Of a stretch of 64,000 bases of DNA, positions 13,701 through 25,171 are shown in pieces. A program made the translations under genes and the position numbers. The notes below the pieces were generated by a model that saw only the letters and a list, made by a program, of their open reading frames with translations, ran no database searches and had not been told where the DNA came from. The stretch covers positions 7,390,149-7,454,148 of the forward strand of contig BDGG01000001.1 in the NCBI GenBank assembly GCA_001949185.1. Direction: 5' to 3'. The stretch is from Ramazzottius varieornatus (taxonomy: Eukaryota; Animalia; Tardigrada). Numbering within the stretch: the stretch's first letter is position 1; every line of letters begins with the position of its first letter.

Positions 13701-16700
13701 CTCGATGTTCTTTTCCATCTCTTTCTTCTTGGTGCTGTCTAAAAAGAAAGACAGCAGGCCTAAGGCGCTGTTCTTGGACGTCATGAGTTCTTGGGTCGTC
13801 GGCGAGGTCTTGAGAAGGTTGGTGTAGAACTTGAAGATGGGCTCGTGATGATGCTTCGACGTCTTCAAAAGCTGAAGAAACATACGAAGAAAAGAACCAT
13901 GGTGTTTCAGGAAAATACCAGGTCGATCAAAAAGATATTCAAATTTGAAAAGGCATTTAACACTTAAAAGACCAAGGGGGTACCCCGGCTGCCTGGCGCA
14001 CCCCAAAAGCCTTGCGGAATGGCCACTGTTGCACCTTTTCGCCTCAAATTTACACGTTTGCTTTCGGAAACTTTGTCGCTTCCAGTTAGAAAAGACGTGA
14101 ACTGGCTAGCAGCTTTCTGAAAATTTCGAGAGACTATTTCGTTTTTGACCAGATTGTGTCTTGAGTTGACAGACCAAACTTTTTCTCAAGAGTTGGCTGG
14201 CGGAAAGCCTCCTCAAAAATTGGACAAACGTGTAAATACATGGGTACCATCTTAGACGCTCCAGTATGTTCCATGCTGTGAGACCAGTGGTCAGAGCAAA
14301 TTAGAAATGTCTGGCACTTTGGTTCACTTAGTGGCGCATTTTACTCGAAAAATGCGAAGCGTACATGTGGTGATTGGCCCGATCTGACCCCGCCCATGAT
14401 TTCAGTCAGTTGAAAACTGGGGAAGATGATCTACCCCCCTTGTACTCCCAAAGCTCGGAATTGCGTGGTCTTTAAAGTGTTGAGACGTCGGCAAATGACC
14501 TAAACATGTTCGTCTTCCTAAGTGGCGGACACTTCCAGCGAATAGGAATAACTTCGTTTGCCACTTGGGATAACGATCATGTATGCTGCCAGCTTTTCTG
14601 TGATCAATCAAAATGAGAAACAGAAAGCTCAATGGAGTGCAAATGTAGCACCATATTGTGAGCAAACTGAACGACAGCGAATTTTTGACCTAAAAATTTC
14701 CGACACACAAACATATACAGGGTGATCACGCCAATCTGATTTTAACGGAGGTCTAACTATCCCGGGTCTTATCAAAAATAAAAAAGATCGCAAGAAAGTC
14801 AAGCTAACCTAATAAAGGAATAAAGATCGTCGAATTTGATCATTTTGCGGGGAAACCACTCCTCGTGGAAAAAATTAAGACTTATGTTTTAACCCAACTG
14901 CCTGCACCTACAACCGCTTGTCGTGTAGCTCTGTTCTTGGACTAATTCTATTGGGTGTCCGAATTGCAAGTCCTTGTCAGTCAACTGGATGAGAATTTTT
15001 TGAAATTCTCTCAAATCTTGAAAAGCTGCCGATTCTTGCGAACCCACTTTTCGCGAAAAGTCTTCCCCCACAATTTTTCTCAAGTATATCCAAAAGTTTT
15101 TGGATTCAGAGAGATAAATGATTTGGCTTTCCGTTTATGCTTTTACTTACCGGAAAACCCCCCAGACCATTTCGAGAAACCTTGTTTTCAGGTGCGCACC
15201 ATGTATTTTTGCTCAGTTTCGCCACAACAGTTGTATCAATGAATCAACAAGTATGCAGAAGAGCATTTTATTTTCCTCGGAAGCCAGACTACTGTTGAAC
15301 AATTTGTGATCGGCACTTTTGGCTCAAATGTGCAGAACAGTGAAAAGTTCGCTCCGGAGCAGGTACGAGGTTCTACCCTCTCTGGTTTCAGGACGAATTT
15401 CGACTTCGTACAGAGATTCTTTCTGGCCAGGTTTTTCTAGAAGGCAGCAACAGGGATATCTAATTAAGAAAAAATAGTTCTGAGGTCCAACCCACACGCA
15501 GTCGAGAGCGCCATAAATATCATGAGGTGGTAGTCACTTGGCGTGATCACCGTGTAGTTTCAACAGAACGGAGCGGCCAGCTTACCTTTGTATTGGTCAC
15601 CAGAAGCATCTTGAGAATCTGCAGCGCTACCCTGATATCATCCGTCTCTTCCACCAAATCTCCCGGATACCTTTCCAGGAACCCCCCAAACGCTTCTATC
15701 GTCACGTCCGTCACCCTCTCCCCATGCTTCTTCCTCACCATCCTATTCCTCAGCACATACTCCAGCATCTCTTTGCCCACTCTCGCATACACCGCCCATT
15801 CCTCCCTTCCCTTCACCTTCAGAACCTCTCCACCCATCAGTCCTTCCACCAACACCTCCACCCTATTCCCCTTCACCGCTTCCTCCGAGAAGACATGTCC
15901 AAACAACACCGTCCTCACTTTCGGGTACATTACGTCCCGACCATCCGCCGATGTCAACATGAAGTCGAGGTGGACGTTCATTTCGGGTTCGAGGACTAAG
16001 GCCATGGCGTAGATGGCGCGTTCTAACTTCACGTCAGCGGAAACCCAGGCTTCTTTCCTGCTTCCGGAATTCTGGTAGATTCTGGCCAGCAAAGTCAACA
16101 CTGTCTTCATCATCATCTTCCCTACTTCGTCACCCGAACGACGCTGGTGTTTGAGATATCCTTCCGTCAGCCCACATTCATGTAACACCACGAAGCCGCT
16201 TGACAACGTCGAAGTCAAGTCGGTGTTCTCAACTTCGACCATCTTCACCACATCGTATCTCTCAATGGAAAGTAACTTCGTCGCACATTCCACCAACGAA
16301 CTAATTTTCTTCTTCTTAACACCATTCAAAGCTACCAAAACACCTTTCAGCTGGTTCAGCAAGCTTTTGGCTACTTCCTTGTCGCCCAAATCGAAGCCGA
16401 CTGAGGTCGGATCGATGGTCGCTCTCACCAAAACCTCAGCGAACTCTTTACCGGATAACACTTCCGGTAGGTGCTCCGCGCCGTGTTTCGTCACGATAAC
16501 AGTAACGAGGTCTGTCAAACGAATGAAAATCGTACATATGATTGTTGTGAGTTTCTTCTGCTCGACGGTGGTCAGTTTTCCCAACCCATCAACGTCCATC
16601 TTTTCCTCACTGAGCCCTTCCATGAATTTTTCAAGATATACCTTGACTATCCTTCCGAATGTTTCCCACTGTTTGGTCTCACAGACTGTTTTCGGGTTGA

Positions 16701-19700
16701 TGTATCGATGCATGAACACCAAAGCGAAGCAGTCAACGGTCGCTGCCAGTCGTTCAAAAGGGTTCAGTTGTGGTCTTAACAGCCCTTCCTCTTTCAAAGT
16801 CACTGTGAAATCTGCGGGCTGTAAGAGTTGAGAGTTGTTCTCGTCGTCTGGGTTGTTACCGCCGTTGAGGAAAGCTTTGGTCAGCCAGTCTGGATTCTTC
16901 GATCTAATCAGCTCATCAAAGAATGGCGCGGCGGAAGTAGAAGACTTCAGGGCCTTGGCGAACCGATCAACCAACTGCCAGCATTTCATGCGACAGGCGG
17001 TTTCGGGTCGGCAAGCTTGTAGGAGCAGCCAGTCGACCAGAAAGTCCAACCTACATACAAGAAATAATTTCATTTTATATTTTTGCGAAGATATCAGTTG
17101 TGTACAGATTTTTCGACTGCTTTTCATCAACCCATACGCAAACAAAATATCACAACTGGAAGCTCGGCAAACAGACAAGACAGGATTATTCCCCCAAGTG
17201 GCGCACCTTGTCGATGTTACTGGCTGTAAACATACGCCACTTTAACAAAAACAATCTTGCAGAATTTTTTTTCCGAAGTGCCGCAAGTTTCCAATGCTAT
17301 CAGGTGCGGAAGTATGACTTGTTACTCCTGGAAACAAGTCAACTTCAAAAATTCATAGTTACACTCCCCCTTGTCCGTTTGTCCTGAGCCTTTTTTCCAC
17401 TCACTCTTTCAACTCCTAGCTATCGTTCTGTTAACCCAAGTTTCTCAGCTTCGGGGTAGGGCAGGAATAGTTTTGTCGGAATCATAGATAACCAAAATTT
17501 TAGGCGATTCAACTATTCGAATTTTCTCAAGGCGTCAGCGTATCCCAGACAGGCGCTAAGATATGCTTCGTTTGTCGTAATGAAGCAGCTAACGGTTGAA
17601 CCGTAAGAGGTTGTGTACGTCTTCTCCGCTCTGGAGATTCCTAGGTCGGAAGTCACCCCTTGGGAAGACCGCAACTGAAGTTGGACAACAACGTCCAGAG
17701 GGAGCATGTCGACTTCGATCCTTCCCGAACTCTTGCAAACCCTTTAAAAAAGTTTGAAGTGTCTTCCTAAAATCCTCGCTGGATATTTAGACATAACCCG
17801 AAGGGGAAAAGATCAAAGAGTTTGATACCCCGCTTACTTCGCGCACCGTACGATGAACGCAAATTTTGCCTGTCCGTAACCTCCCGTTTCTGAGTGACAC
17901 CGAACTGATCCTCAGATTACATTGTTACTAGTGACAAAGACCGGGCTCTGTAGGTCGATCTGTAGCAAAAATTGGAATGTTTCGGAAGAGCTGAATTACC
18001 GCAGGAAATTTCGAATCGAGCGCGGCACCATAGGAAAATTATGGTTACTAATGATTGCTATCTGACAGTCTAGACCGCTGAAAAATTCTTCCGCCCGGCA
18101 TAACTATAGCTGCAGACTAAACCTGTCTGGAACGGGGAAGAATGATAAAAAAACTTGCCGTTGACTGAACGAAATCTTTCGGTCAACTCAAAGCACTACT
18201 GTTGCAAGTCAGCTCTAGAGTGCACACTGAATAAAACGCTTCCGCAAAACTACAGGAGGTGGAACTGGAAACTCTCCTTCGTATACCAGGAAGAGGGGTT
18301 CTGATACCAAAGGATTACACTATGTCGCAGGATTTCAGCACCTCCAGCGAGAAAGAACAATGTCTTCCGCAGAGGCTACCAAAAATGGCTACCGAGACTT
18401 TATCGTTTCTCTTCCCCTATTCTCTTACAGTACAGGCACGAACACGATGCCGAAAAAGTGACTGAAGTACCTTGCTAGTATGAGTGGATAACCTAATCAA
18501 AAATTCCGAGGTTCGAAGCCAGGAGAAATTTTGAAAAACCTTCGTCGGGGGAGTAACAAGTCATACTTCCGCACCTGATACTAGCTATAAACATGCGCCA
18601 CTCAGGCCGACGGTTTTGTCGAGTTCGTTTTCGACCTTCGGCCTCTCAGCTGAATTTTAGGTACATTTAATTTTCTCGATACATTCGACACTCGGGTGAG
18701 ACAGAATCTTACCTTGCTTCTTTCAGTTCCGGTATCTTGGTTCTGCGTGAGGCAGTTTTGTTCAGATCTTTCCCGTACTTCTCGACGATACGCGCCAGGT
18801 GGTCAAGACAGCTCGCGGTGAGTTTGTCCGCGCCGAAGCCTGGAATGTCCATGTGGGACCAAGCGAGGGACTTCACGAATGTGACGATCAAGTTGATAGT
18901 GAACATGTCGACCAAGACAGAGTCGTCGCGGAACAGCCTGTAGCAGTTGTTAAAGGCCAGAGCTGCGCCAAAACGTTTGGCGGCCCTGGAATGTCCGGCG
19001 AAGCTGATGATCCGCTCGAAGAGGGAAACAGAAGCCACCGGCGGAGGCGAATTCCCGATAGCCTGCATAAGAAAACGCGCTGGTTTTCATATCCGAACCG
19101 CTTTCTTGATTTCCAATAAGTATTTAGAAGCCCGGCAGATAGACTGGAGTCACTCGACGAGATCATCTTCACAAGCGGCGCACGTTTTCAGTAGAACTGG
19201 CTGGAAAAGCGCACCACTTGGGAAAACGATCTTGTCAAATTCCTTTGCCGTGCTCCCATAATTACTTCCGCAAATGATTTCATTCGGAGAAAAATTCTGT
19301 GAGAGTCGTGCGACAGTGTAATATCAAGATGAATATCAAAATACGGCATGTAATTTAACATCAGTCATCAAAATACGCCGACGGGGAGAAATAGTAATCT
19401 GATCAACACTAAAACAACTCGTCTGCGAATGTGAACCCGTGTAGACAGAAGCGCCGACTTAGCTCAGCGGTAGATGCGCTTGCCTAGTAAGCAAGATGTC
19501 GGGAGTTCGATCCTCCCAGTTGGCTATATTTTTACGCTCTTTCAGTCAACTCCATCAAATTTTGGCTTTCACATTGTTTTCCGTGGGGAAAACCAATCAT
19601 TTTATTTTTCAAGTTTTTAGATGCTTCTGGTCAAAAATAAATCTGTGCGATTACCTTGGATCCTTTGGTGGGGTCGACTTTGGAACCTTTGGCCGACCAC

Positions 19701-22700
19701 TGGAGGAACTCGCTGACACACCGCGCACAGAAGCTGCGGATGGTCGGGTTGCGCTCGGTGACCAGCCCGTCCATCAGACAGTCCAGAACGACGCCGACTT
19801 CCCCCTCGATCTTCTGTGCGTGATGTGAGAAGTGGTGGATAATTTCAACGATGAGCGGCTCAAAGAGCTGCTTGGTGACGGGTTCAACGTCGCAGGCCAG
19901 TTCGATGATCTTCGGCATCAGCTTCTGCAGCAGTGTTAGCAGCGATTTCTTTCCGCTGTTCTCTAAAAAAATGCAGCGTCTTTGCTCCGCGTTTCTACCA
20001 CGCCGGAGAATCTCTTTGCCACATTATGATAGAAACAGCAAAAGGAACTGATGTTGGTACAGGTCAGATATTTACTAAACCAAACCTTCCTTGAAGGTTA
20101 GGTTTCTCGTTTTCCTACACAAATTGTAAAACTATTCGTGTTGTTTCACCTGCTGCAGTGTTCGCATGAGTGCCGATCAGGAAGACAGTGACAGCATGGA
20201 GTAGTTCACAGGCTGCCACTTTCGTCGATCGATCGGGATCGTGAAGGCACAGCTCGGTCAGCCTGGGTAGGAAGTCGTCCAGGTAGAAGTTGCCCAGTAT
20301 CATATCGATGAAGGGGACCTGGAAAAAACCCGCCAGAAAGATTCAACTTTAAGAAAGATTTTTGATCTTCATGTTCAGTCCAAAACTTCTAACGTTCGAA
20401 CGGTTCAACACAAATTTATTTCTATTTCTCCACCATAGCGTTGATTTTTTGCTATTTTATTTTCACCTGAAACTGAAGATGTTTCTGCATGTCCCACACA
20501 ATGGCCAAATTCTTGACGTTCTCCATATATTCTCCCTCGAGCAACAGGTGGTTATACCCGCCCCCCAGTTGTCCCAAGAAGCTCATCACGGCTTCCCTCA
20601 CTCTGGTCAAGGCCACATCGTCCCCACCCAAGACGACCGTCACCTTGGCCGCTTTCCTTCTTCGCTTTCCCGAACCTTCTCCCAGCACTTCACTACGCTC
20701 ACTGACGTCCAACGTTGTACTTCTCAAGTAGTCATCCAGCACCGGCAGGCACTTGGCAATGACACCGTCGAGCAAGGACCTCTCGATCGAACTGTGAAAA
20801 CACCAGCGCTCCAGAGCTTTCACCGTCGCTTCGGTCAACGGCAGAAAACTCTTGCCGGTTTGTAAAGCCAGCACCAGAATATTCGGAAGACTGCCTGAAA
20901 ACAACATGGAAAAAAATATTAGGTAGAAAATATTATAATTTGAAAGCTCGACATACAACTGGACAAGATTGTTTCCCGAAGTGCCGCACATATAGGGTAA
21001 CATGAGCTGCAACGGTGCGCCACTTAGGAAAGCGATCTTGTCATATTTGTTTTCCAAAGCGGTGCACGTGTTTGGTGATTTCTGCTGGAAATCGTGCAAC
21101 GAAAAACGATCTGGTCGAGTTTTTTTCGAAATGTGTTTTTCAGGCCCATCAGATAGAACTTTCCAGTAAAATATTTACTTAGATTATCTCTGATGACATT
21201 GACAGGAAAGTCAAGTATCAGATGCAGCGCCGAAATCAACACTTCATCAGAAAAGTGCTGAATTCTTCCAATCAAATTCTGCAGGAACAGCGCCGCAGTG
21301 ACGTCACCACCTCCATCCTCACTCTTCACTTCGCCGTCCACCATCTGCACATCTTCATTCTTCATCTTCACCCCATCTTCCTCCTTCGCCAACCAACCTT
21401 CTCCGTCATCCTCCACCTCTTCCTCAAAGTTGTTCGTCTCTTTTGGCATTCGCTGATACGAGTACCAAATGGACAGGAACCTGTAGAAGCCACTGACCAA
21501 CGGATGCTTCTCTGACAAGAGAATCAGCTCACGCGACATACGGCCCGTCCACGCTACGACAAAGTCAGCCTTAACTTTCTTGAAAATCTCTTTGGTGACT
21601 TGTTCAAGTGAGAAAAAGATCTGAAAGTCTTGCTCGTTGGAGGGTTTCTTGTCAATGGGGAGGAAATCGTTGGAGGTTGGAGAGTCGTCTGGGAAGGTTG
21701 GGTCAACGGTAAGAGGTGAGACGTCTAGAAGGTCGAAGTTGAGAAGCTTGAGGATTCGAAGGGACGCTTTGGCGAACTCATCGAAAACGATGTTCGCGAC
21801 ACCGTAGAGCTCGACTTCAGTGGCTTGCAGATCGTTCAGGACCTCCTGTCAAAACAAACACAGAAATTCAGGCGTAGGTACAAAATAAACCATCAATACA
21901 CACACACCTACCTGCAGAATCACGGATTACCAAAATGATGTGAGAGTATGCAGGTACATGTCTCTCAAAACTATTATCTTCACTGGTCTTTTAAAAACTG
22001 CTGTTTCGAGAGCACAAATCTTACCTTCATGTATTCGCAACCAAGCAGCTTCTCCCACAGTGGCTGGAAGTCTTTGTACGTGGTGGGCTTCTTTAGAGAA
22101 GCGTTGGCAGCATCCGGGTTGGCTTCAGGTACCGGATAGGAGCACGAGTTCCTCAATGCTTGATAGACTGCAATGACAACGAGCGGTTTTCGGTTTAGTA
22201 ATAAAATCAACTTTGGTAGAAGTCGCGTTGCTTACTAATGGTGGAAATCAGATCGTCGGCAGCGCACGAGAACCGGCTAACGACGATGATAACTTTGACG
22301 ATGGCTCGACAGCAGTAGTGTTGCGCAGGAGGTCCGAACTTTGGGAACTGTTCAACCATCAGGACGCTCATCCTCTGGATGGCGAATAGGAACATGTCTG
22401 GAACGTCGCTGCCCACATCGTGTGCCATACTGGCCAGAGTATCGACGAAGTCAGGTAGATGGTGCAGCCGATCACCTGAAAACACAAAACAGGTCGTTAA
22501 ACCTTAAAGCTGTTACAGCAGTTCATTCACCCGCATACTCTGCCTCGCTCTCTCACGGTAACCACAAGTATTCAAGTGTGTGACCTCAAACCTGATCATC
22601 TACCTGCATACACCCAATCATTGTGCTTTCAGATGACGGAGTACGCAGGTGAGTGAGCAACTGGGGAAATCAGCTACAAGGAATTACCTGAAGCGTCGGC

Positions 22701-24728
22701 TGTAAAGAACATCTGTTCGCTTTTCTGAACCATTTCATGGATCATGAGGAGGATGTCTCCTGAAGAGGACAGGAGCCGAGCAGGTGCTGCGAAAGACCCA
22801 TACCCGCGAATGGCCACCGACATGTCTAGAGCACTATCCGCCTTCTTGATCTTCTCGTTGAACTCTGCGATGAAGAACTTGAAAGCTGCTGTGGAGTTCT
22901 CTACGTCCGTTTGGGCATTGAGATTCACCACGATACCGCGAGCAACCTGAGAGAAAACGATGAAAACAACATCACAATATTATAAAGACTGGAGCTTGGC
23001 AAACTAGATCGTTTTTCCAGGTGGCGCACGCTCTCGACTAAAAAGAATCTGAACCGTGCGCCACTGGGATAAACAAGATCGTTTTTCCGAATGGCGCACA
23101 TTGTCAGTGTTACTGGTGGAGAACGTGCGCCACTCGGAAAAAACAATCTTGTCCAGTTTATTGCCGATGGAAAATACGAAACTTTGATTGAAAATTACTT
23201 CTTTGAGAAAGTTGTCCACTGCACGAGCACAAATTTTCTGGACCTCACGGTTGCCGTGCATGGCCCAGCCTTTCAGACTGCTATACAGCTGGGCGTAGTA
23301 TCCTTTGTGACCGAGAATCTGCCTGGAGAACTTGCCCGCGTGTTTCGACATAAGGCCCAGTGCCGCGGTGATGAACGCGTAGCGCTTGACATCGTCTTTC
23401 TGGATAGCTTCTCGAACTATCTTGAAAATCAGATCCATATTATCCAGACCTGTAAAACAGCTTATTCTCAGCTCGCGATGTTCATTGGTAATGACTTGTC
23501 AAGCTATACTTACAGATCTGAAGTCCGGCAAAGTTGCAAAGAAATCCAGTGAAACCCTCCAGAGCTCCAGCAGTAACCAACGGTTTCGGATCCCTCGCTC
23601 GCTCCTGCAGAAGGAAGAAAAAGCCTGTAGATTCCGAATATAAAACAAAGAATTTCTTAAAAAATGATCATAACTTTTTACAAAAAATAGGGAGAATAGA
23701 CGAATCTAAAATCTTACAAAGTATACCTCGCTCCTGAGTTCGCTGACGAAAATGCTGGCAATGGAATCTGCGTCTTTCGAAGCGATGAGCGGAGCTTTCT
23801 GAGCCACCAAACCCCAAAACCCGTAGACAGCGAATTTCACTGCAAAGGAACAGGGACATCTAATAAATTCTTTTGTTAGCTATGAGTTCCATTTAAGCCT
23901 GGGTCTTACCTGTGGCTGAAACGGACTTGATAGATCGTCGGATTTCCGGGACCAGGATACTCAGGACATCTGACAGACCAGCATCATTGATCTTCTTCAG
24001 TTTGTAAGCAGCCTCAACCACTTCCGACAGCAGAGTGATACAGGCAACGCGAGCTTTGGCCGATGAAGATGTCCTCCAAATTCCCATAGCTGTTTCCTGA
24101 AGTAAAAACCGCGAAGGACATTGAGCCATACACACGAGTCGATTTTTGGAATTAATCGAATATTAATTTCCTTACTCTGATTCGGCTGAGATGCAACTGA
24201 AAGTGCTCAACCATGCCTTTTCCATTTCTGGCAAGCTCCAACAACTTCGTTAGCAACTCCAGGCCCTTATCCACCGTCGACGGGAAAACAGGAGGCTGTA
24301 ATTAGAACGTAAAGTATCATTTTGGGAACGTCGGAAAAGGAATCCACCCACAACATTTTCTCAAGTGGCGCACACTCTCGGCCAATAACAACGAGAACGT
24401 GCGCCTCTTGAAACAATACCTGTGTCGCAGCAGCTGATTCCAAGACGCTGCACAAGCTGCTGCTCTCTTCTTGAACCAAAATCGGCACAATCACATCTGT
24501 AAGGGGGAAAAGCAGTGGCGTCTTACATAGGTACATGTCCATAGAGAGACGGAGGAATAATAATTCCTTACTCAATTCCTGGAGGCCGGCGTCAGACATG
24601 CAGAACAGCCCGATCTGCTCCACCAGCTGAACGCCTTCGTCGTCCACGTTCAACGCTGCTGTGATGGCGTTCTCCTCCACTAACGTCCTCAACGCTTCTA
24701 AATTTACTTTGATGTCCCGGGAAGTCAT
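1738..24728 (-). CDS. PRKDC: DNA-dependent protein kinase catalytic subunit (PIKK family), about 40 exons; coordinates are the gene span from ATG to stop
   Basis: Kinase motifs [19 protein letters not shown] (~3340-3430) and [51 protein letters not shown] (~2555-2725). [36 protein letters not shown] (1738-1840). DNA-PKcs-specific segments: [77 protein letters not shown]. Likely start MTSRDIKV at 24728. Confidence 0.96.
3954..4140. repeat. Palindromic intronic element, two hairpin units
   Basis: GGAAGCTCGGCAAACAAACTCGG, then two units of AAGTgGCGCA...GCGCCaCTT, then CTTGTTTGCC; inside a PRKDC intron. Confidence 0.85.
6355..6548. repeat. Palindromic intronic element, two hairpin units
   Basis: Termini GAGAGTTCGGCAGGCAAAC and TTGTTTGCCGAGGCCTC around GGCGCACG...GCGCCACT units. 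Confidence 0.8.
8793..8995. repeat. Palindromic intronic element, two hairpin units, flanked by ATTT on both sides
   Basis: GAGAAGTCGGCAAACAAATTCGACAAGAT...GATCTTGTCGAACTTTCTGGCGAGTTCTC; ATTT at 8789-8792 and 8996-8999. Confidence 0.88.
9451..9570. repeat. Palindromic intronic element, monomer (~120 bp fold-back)
   Basis: GGAGCTCGGCAAACAAAC...TGGCGCACG...TGCACCACTT...GAGTTAATTTGCCGAGCTC. Confidence 0.88.
14716..15556. mobile_element. Non-autonomous Tc1/mariner-superfamily element (~840 bp) in a PRKDC intron
   Basis: TA-CAGGGTGATCACGCCAA (14716-14734) and TTGGCGTGATCACCGTG-TA (15538-15556) form a 17-bp TIR with 1 mismatch plus TA flanks. A possible faint LNP...LWG transposase remnant lies on the minus strand near 15060-15115. 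Confidence 0.7.
17298..18580 (+). mobile_element. Mos1-like mariner (~1.28 kb) with perfect TIRs and a decayed transposase, in a PRKDC intron
   Basis: TA-TCAGGTGCGGAAGTATGACTTGTTACTCC (17298-17328) and its exact reverse complement (18550-18580). Remnants on +: [40 protein letters not shown] (from 18196; cf. LLLHDNARPH...KLQELGWEVLPHPPYSPDLAPSDY) and, after a frameshift, [32 protein letters not shown]. Confidence 0.9.
19126..19257. repeat. Palindromic intronic element, monomer
   Basis: AGAAGCCCGGCAGA...AAGCGGCGCACG...GCGCACCACTTGGGAAAACGATCTTGTC...TTTGCCGTGCTCCC. Confidence 0.8.
19453..19525 (+). tRNA. tRNA-Thr (anticodon AGT), nested antisense in a PRKDC intron
   Basis: Acceptor stem GCCGACT/AGTTGGC; anticodon stem CTTGC/GCAAG with loop CTAGTAA; T arm GGGAG-TTCGATC-CTCCC; T run at ~19529 as Pol III terminator. 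The D stem is imperfect (GCTC...GATGC). Confidence 0.88.
20942..21130. repeat. Palindromic intronic element, two hairpin units
   Basis: GAAAGCTCGAC...GACAAGATTGTTTCCCGAAGTGCCGCAC...GTGCGCCACTTAGGAAAGCGATCTTGTC, followed by a second unit. Confidence 0.78.
22991..23170. repeat. Palindromic intronic element, two hairpin units
   Basis: GGAGCTTGGCAAAC...CCAGGTGGCGCACG...CGTGCGCCACTGGG...ATGGCGCAC...CGTGCGCCACTCGG...TTGCCGA. Confidence 0.85.
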
Positions 24729-25171
24729 GACTGCTGTTCTGGTAGGGAAGTCGTCAAGAAAAGTCAACCGGATCGAGAAGAAGGCATCAGAAAGCAACCG
24801 GTCGATTTGATCAGGAGTTCATCTCCGCCGTTCTGCTTCGCCCCATCGTAGAGAGTTTTCAGGTTCGTCTTCCGCCGTCGATGGCTCGATCTGAAGTGTC
24901 TAATGCTGCGGGAGATCCGGGAAAGATCATCGCCGCATCAGAGAATGGCAATTGGCATCTGGCTGGAACGAAATTAAACGGCGAAAACCAAAACATGTGC
25001 CATTTTGCTCTTGAAGTCTGAGCGTCGCATTGATTGACTGATGTGCGACATTTGACAAAAAAGTTTCCCGGCTTACCGTAACGCCTACCATAACTGGCCG
25101 CATACAATGGTCGCCGCGTGCGCTCCCGTGAAGGGAAGTTCCTTTTTCGATGAGCTGGACGCAGGTTATGT

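Noticed and set aside
13974-14441. AAGGGGGTA...TACCCCCCTT possible TIR pair in a PRKDC intron
   Set aside because: Only about 9-10 bp of low-complexity match and no clear target duplication.
3532-21515. Numerous plus-strand ORFs of 60-230 aa over PRKDC
   Set aside because: They are antisense shadows of PRKDC exons or read-throughs of the intronic repeat and have no independent coding signal.
2105-24420. Palindromic family as introner elements that create introns
   Set aside because: The elements lie inside introns with unrelated sequence between their ends and the GT/AG sites; they do not supply the splice sites.
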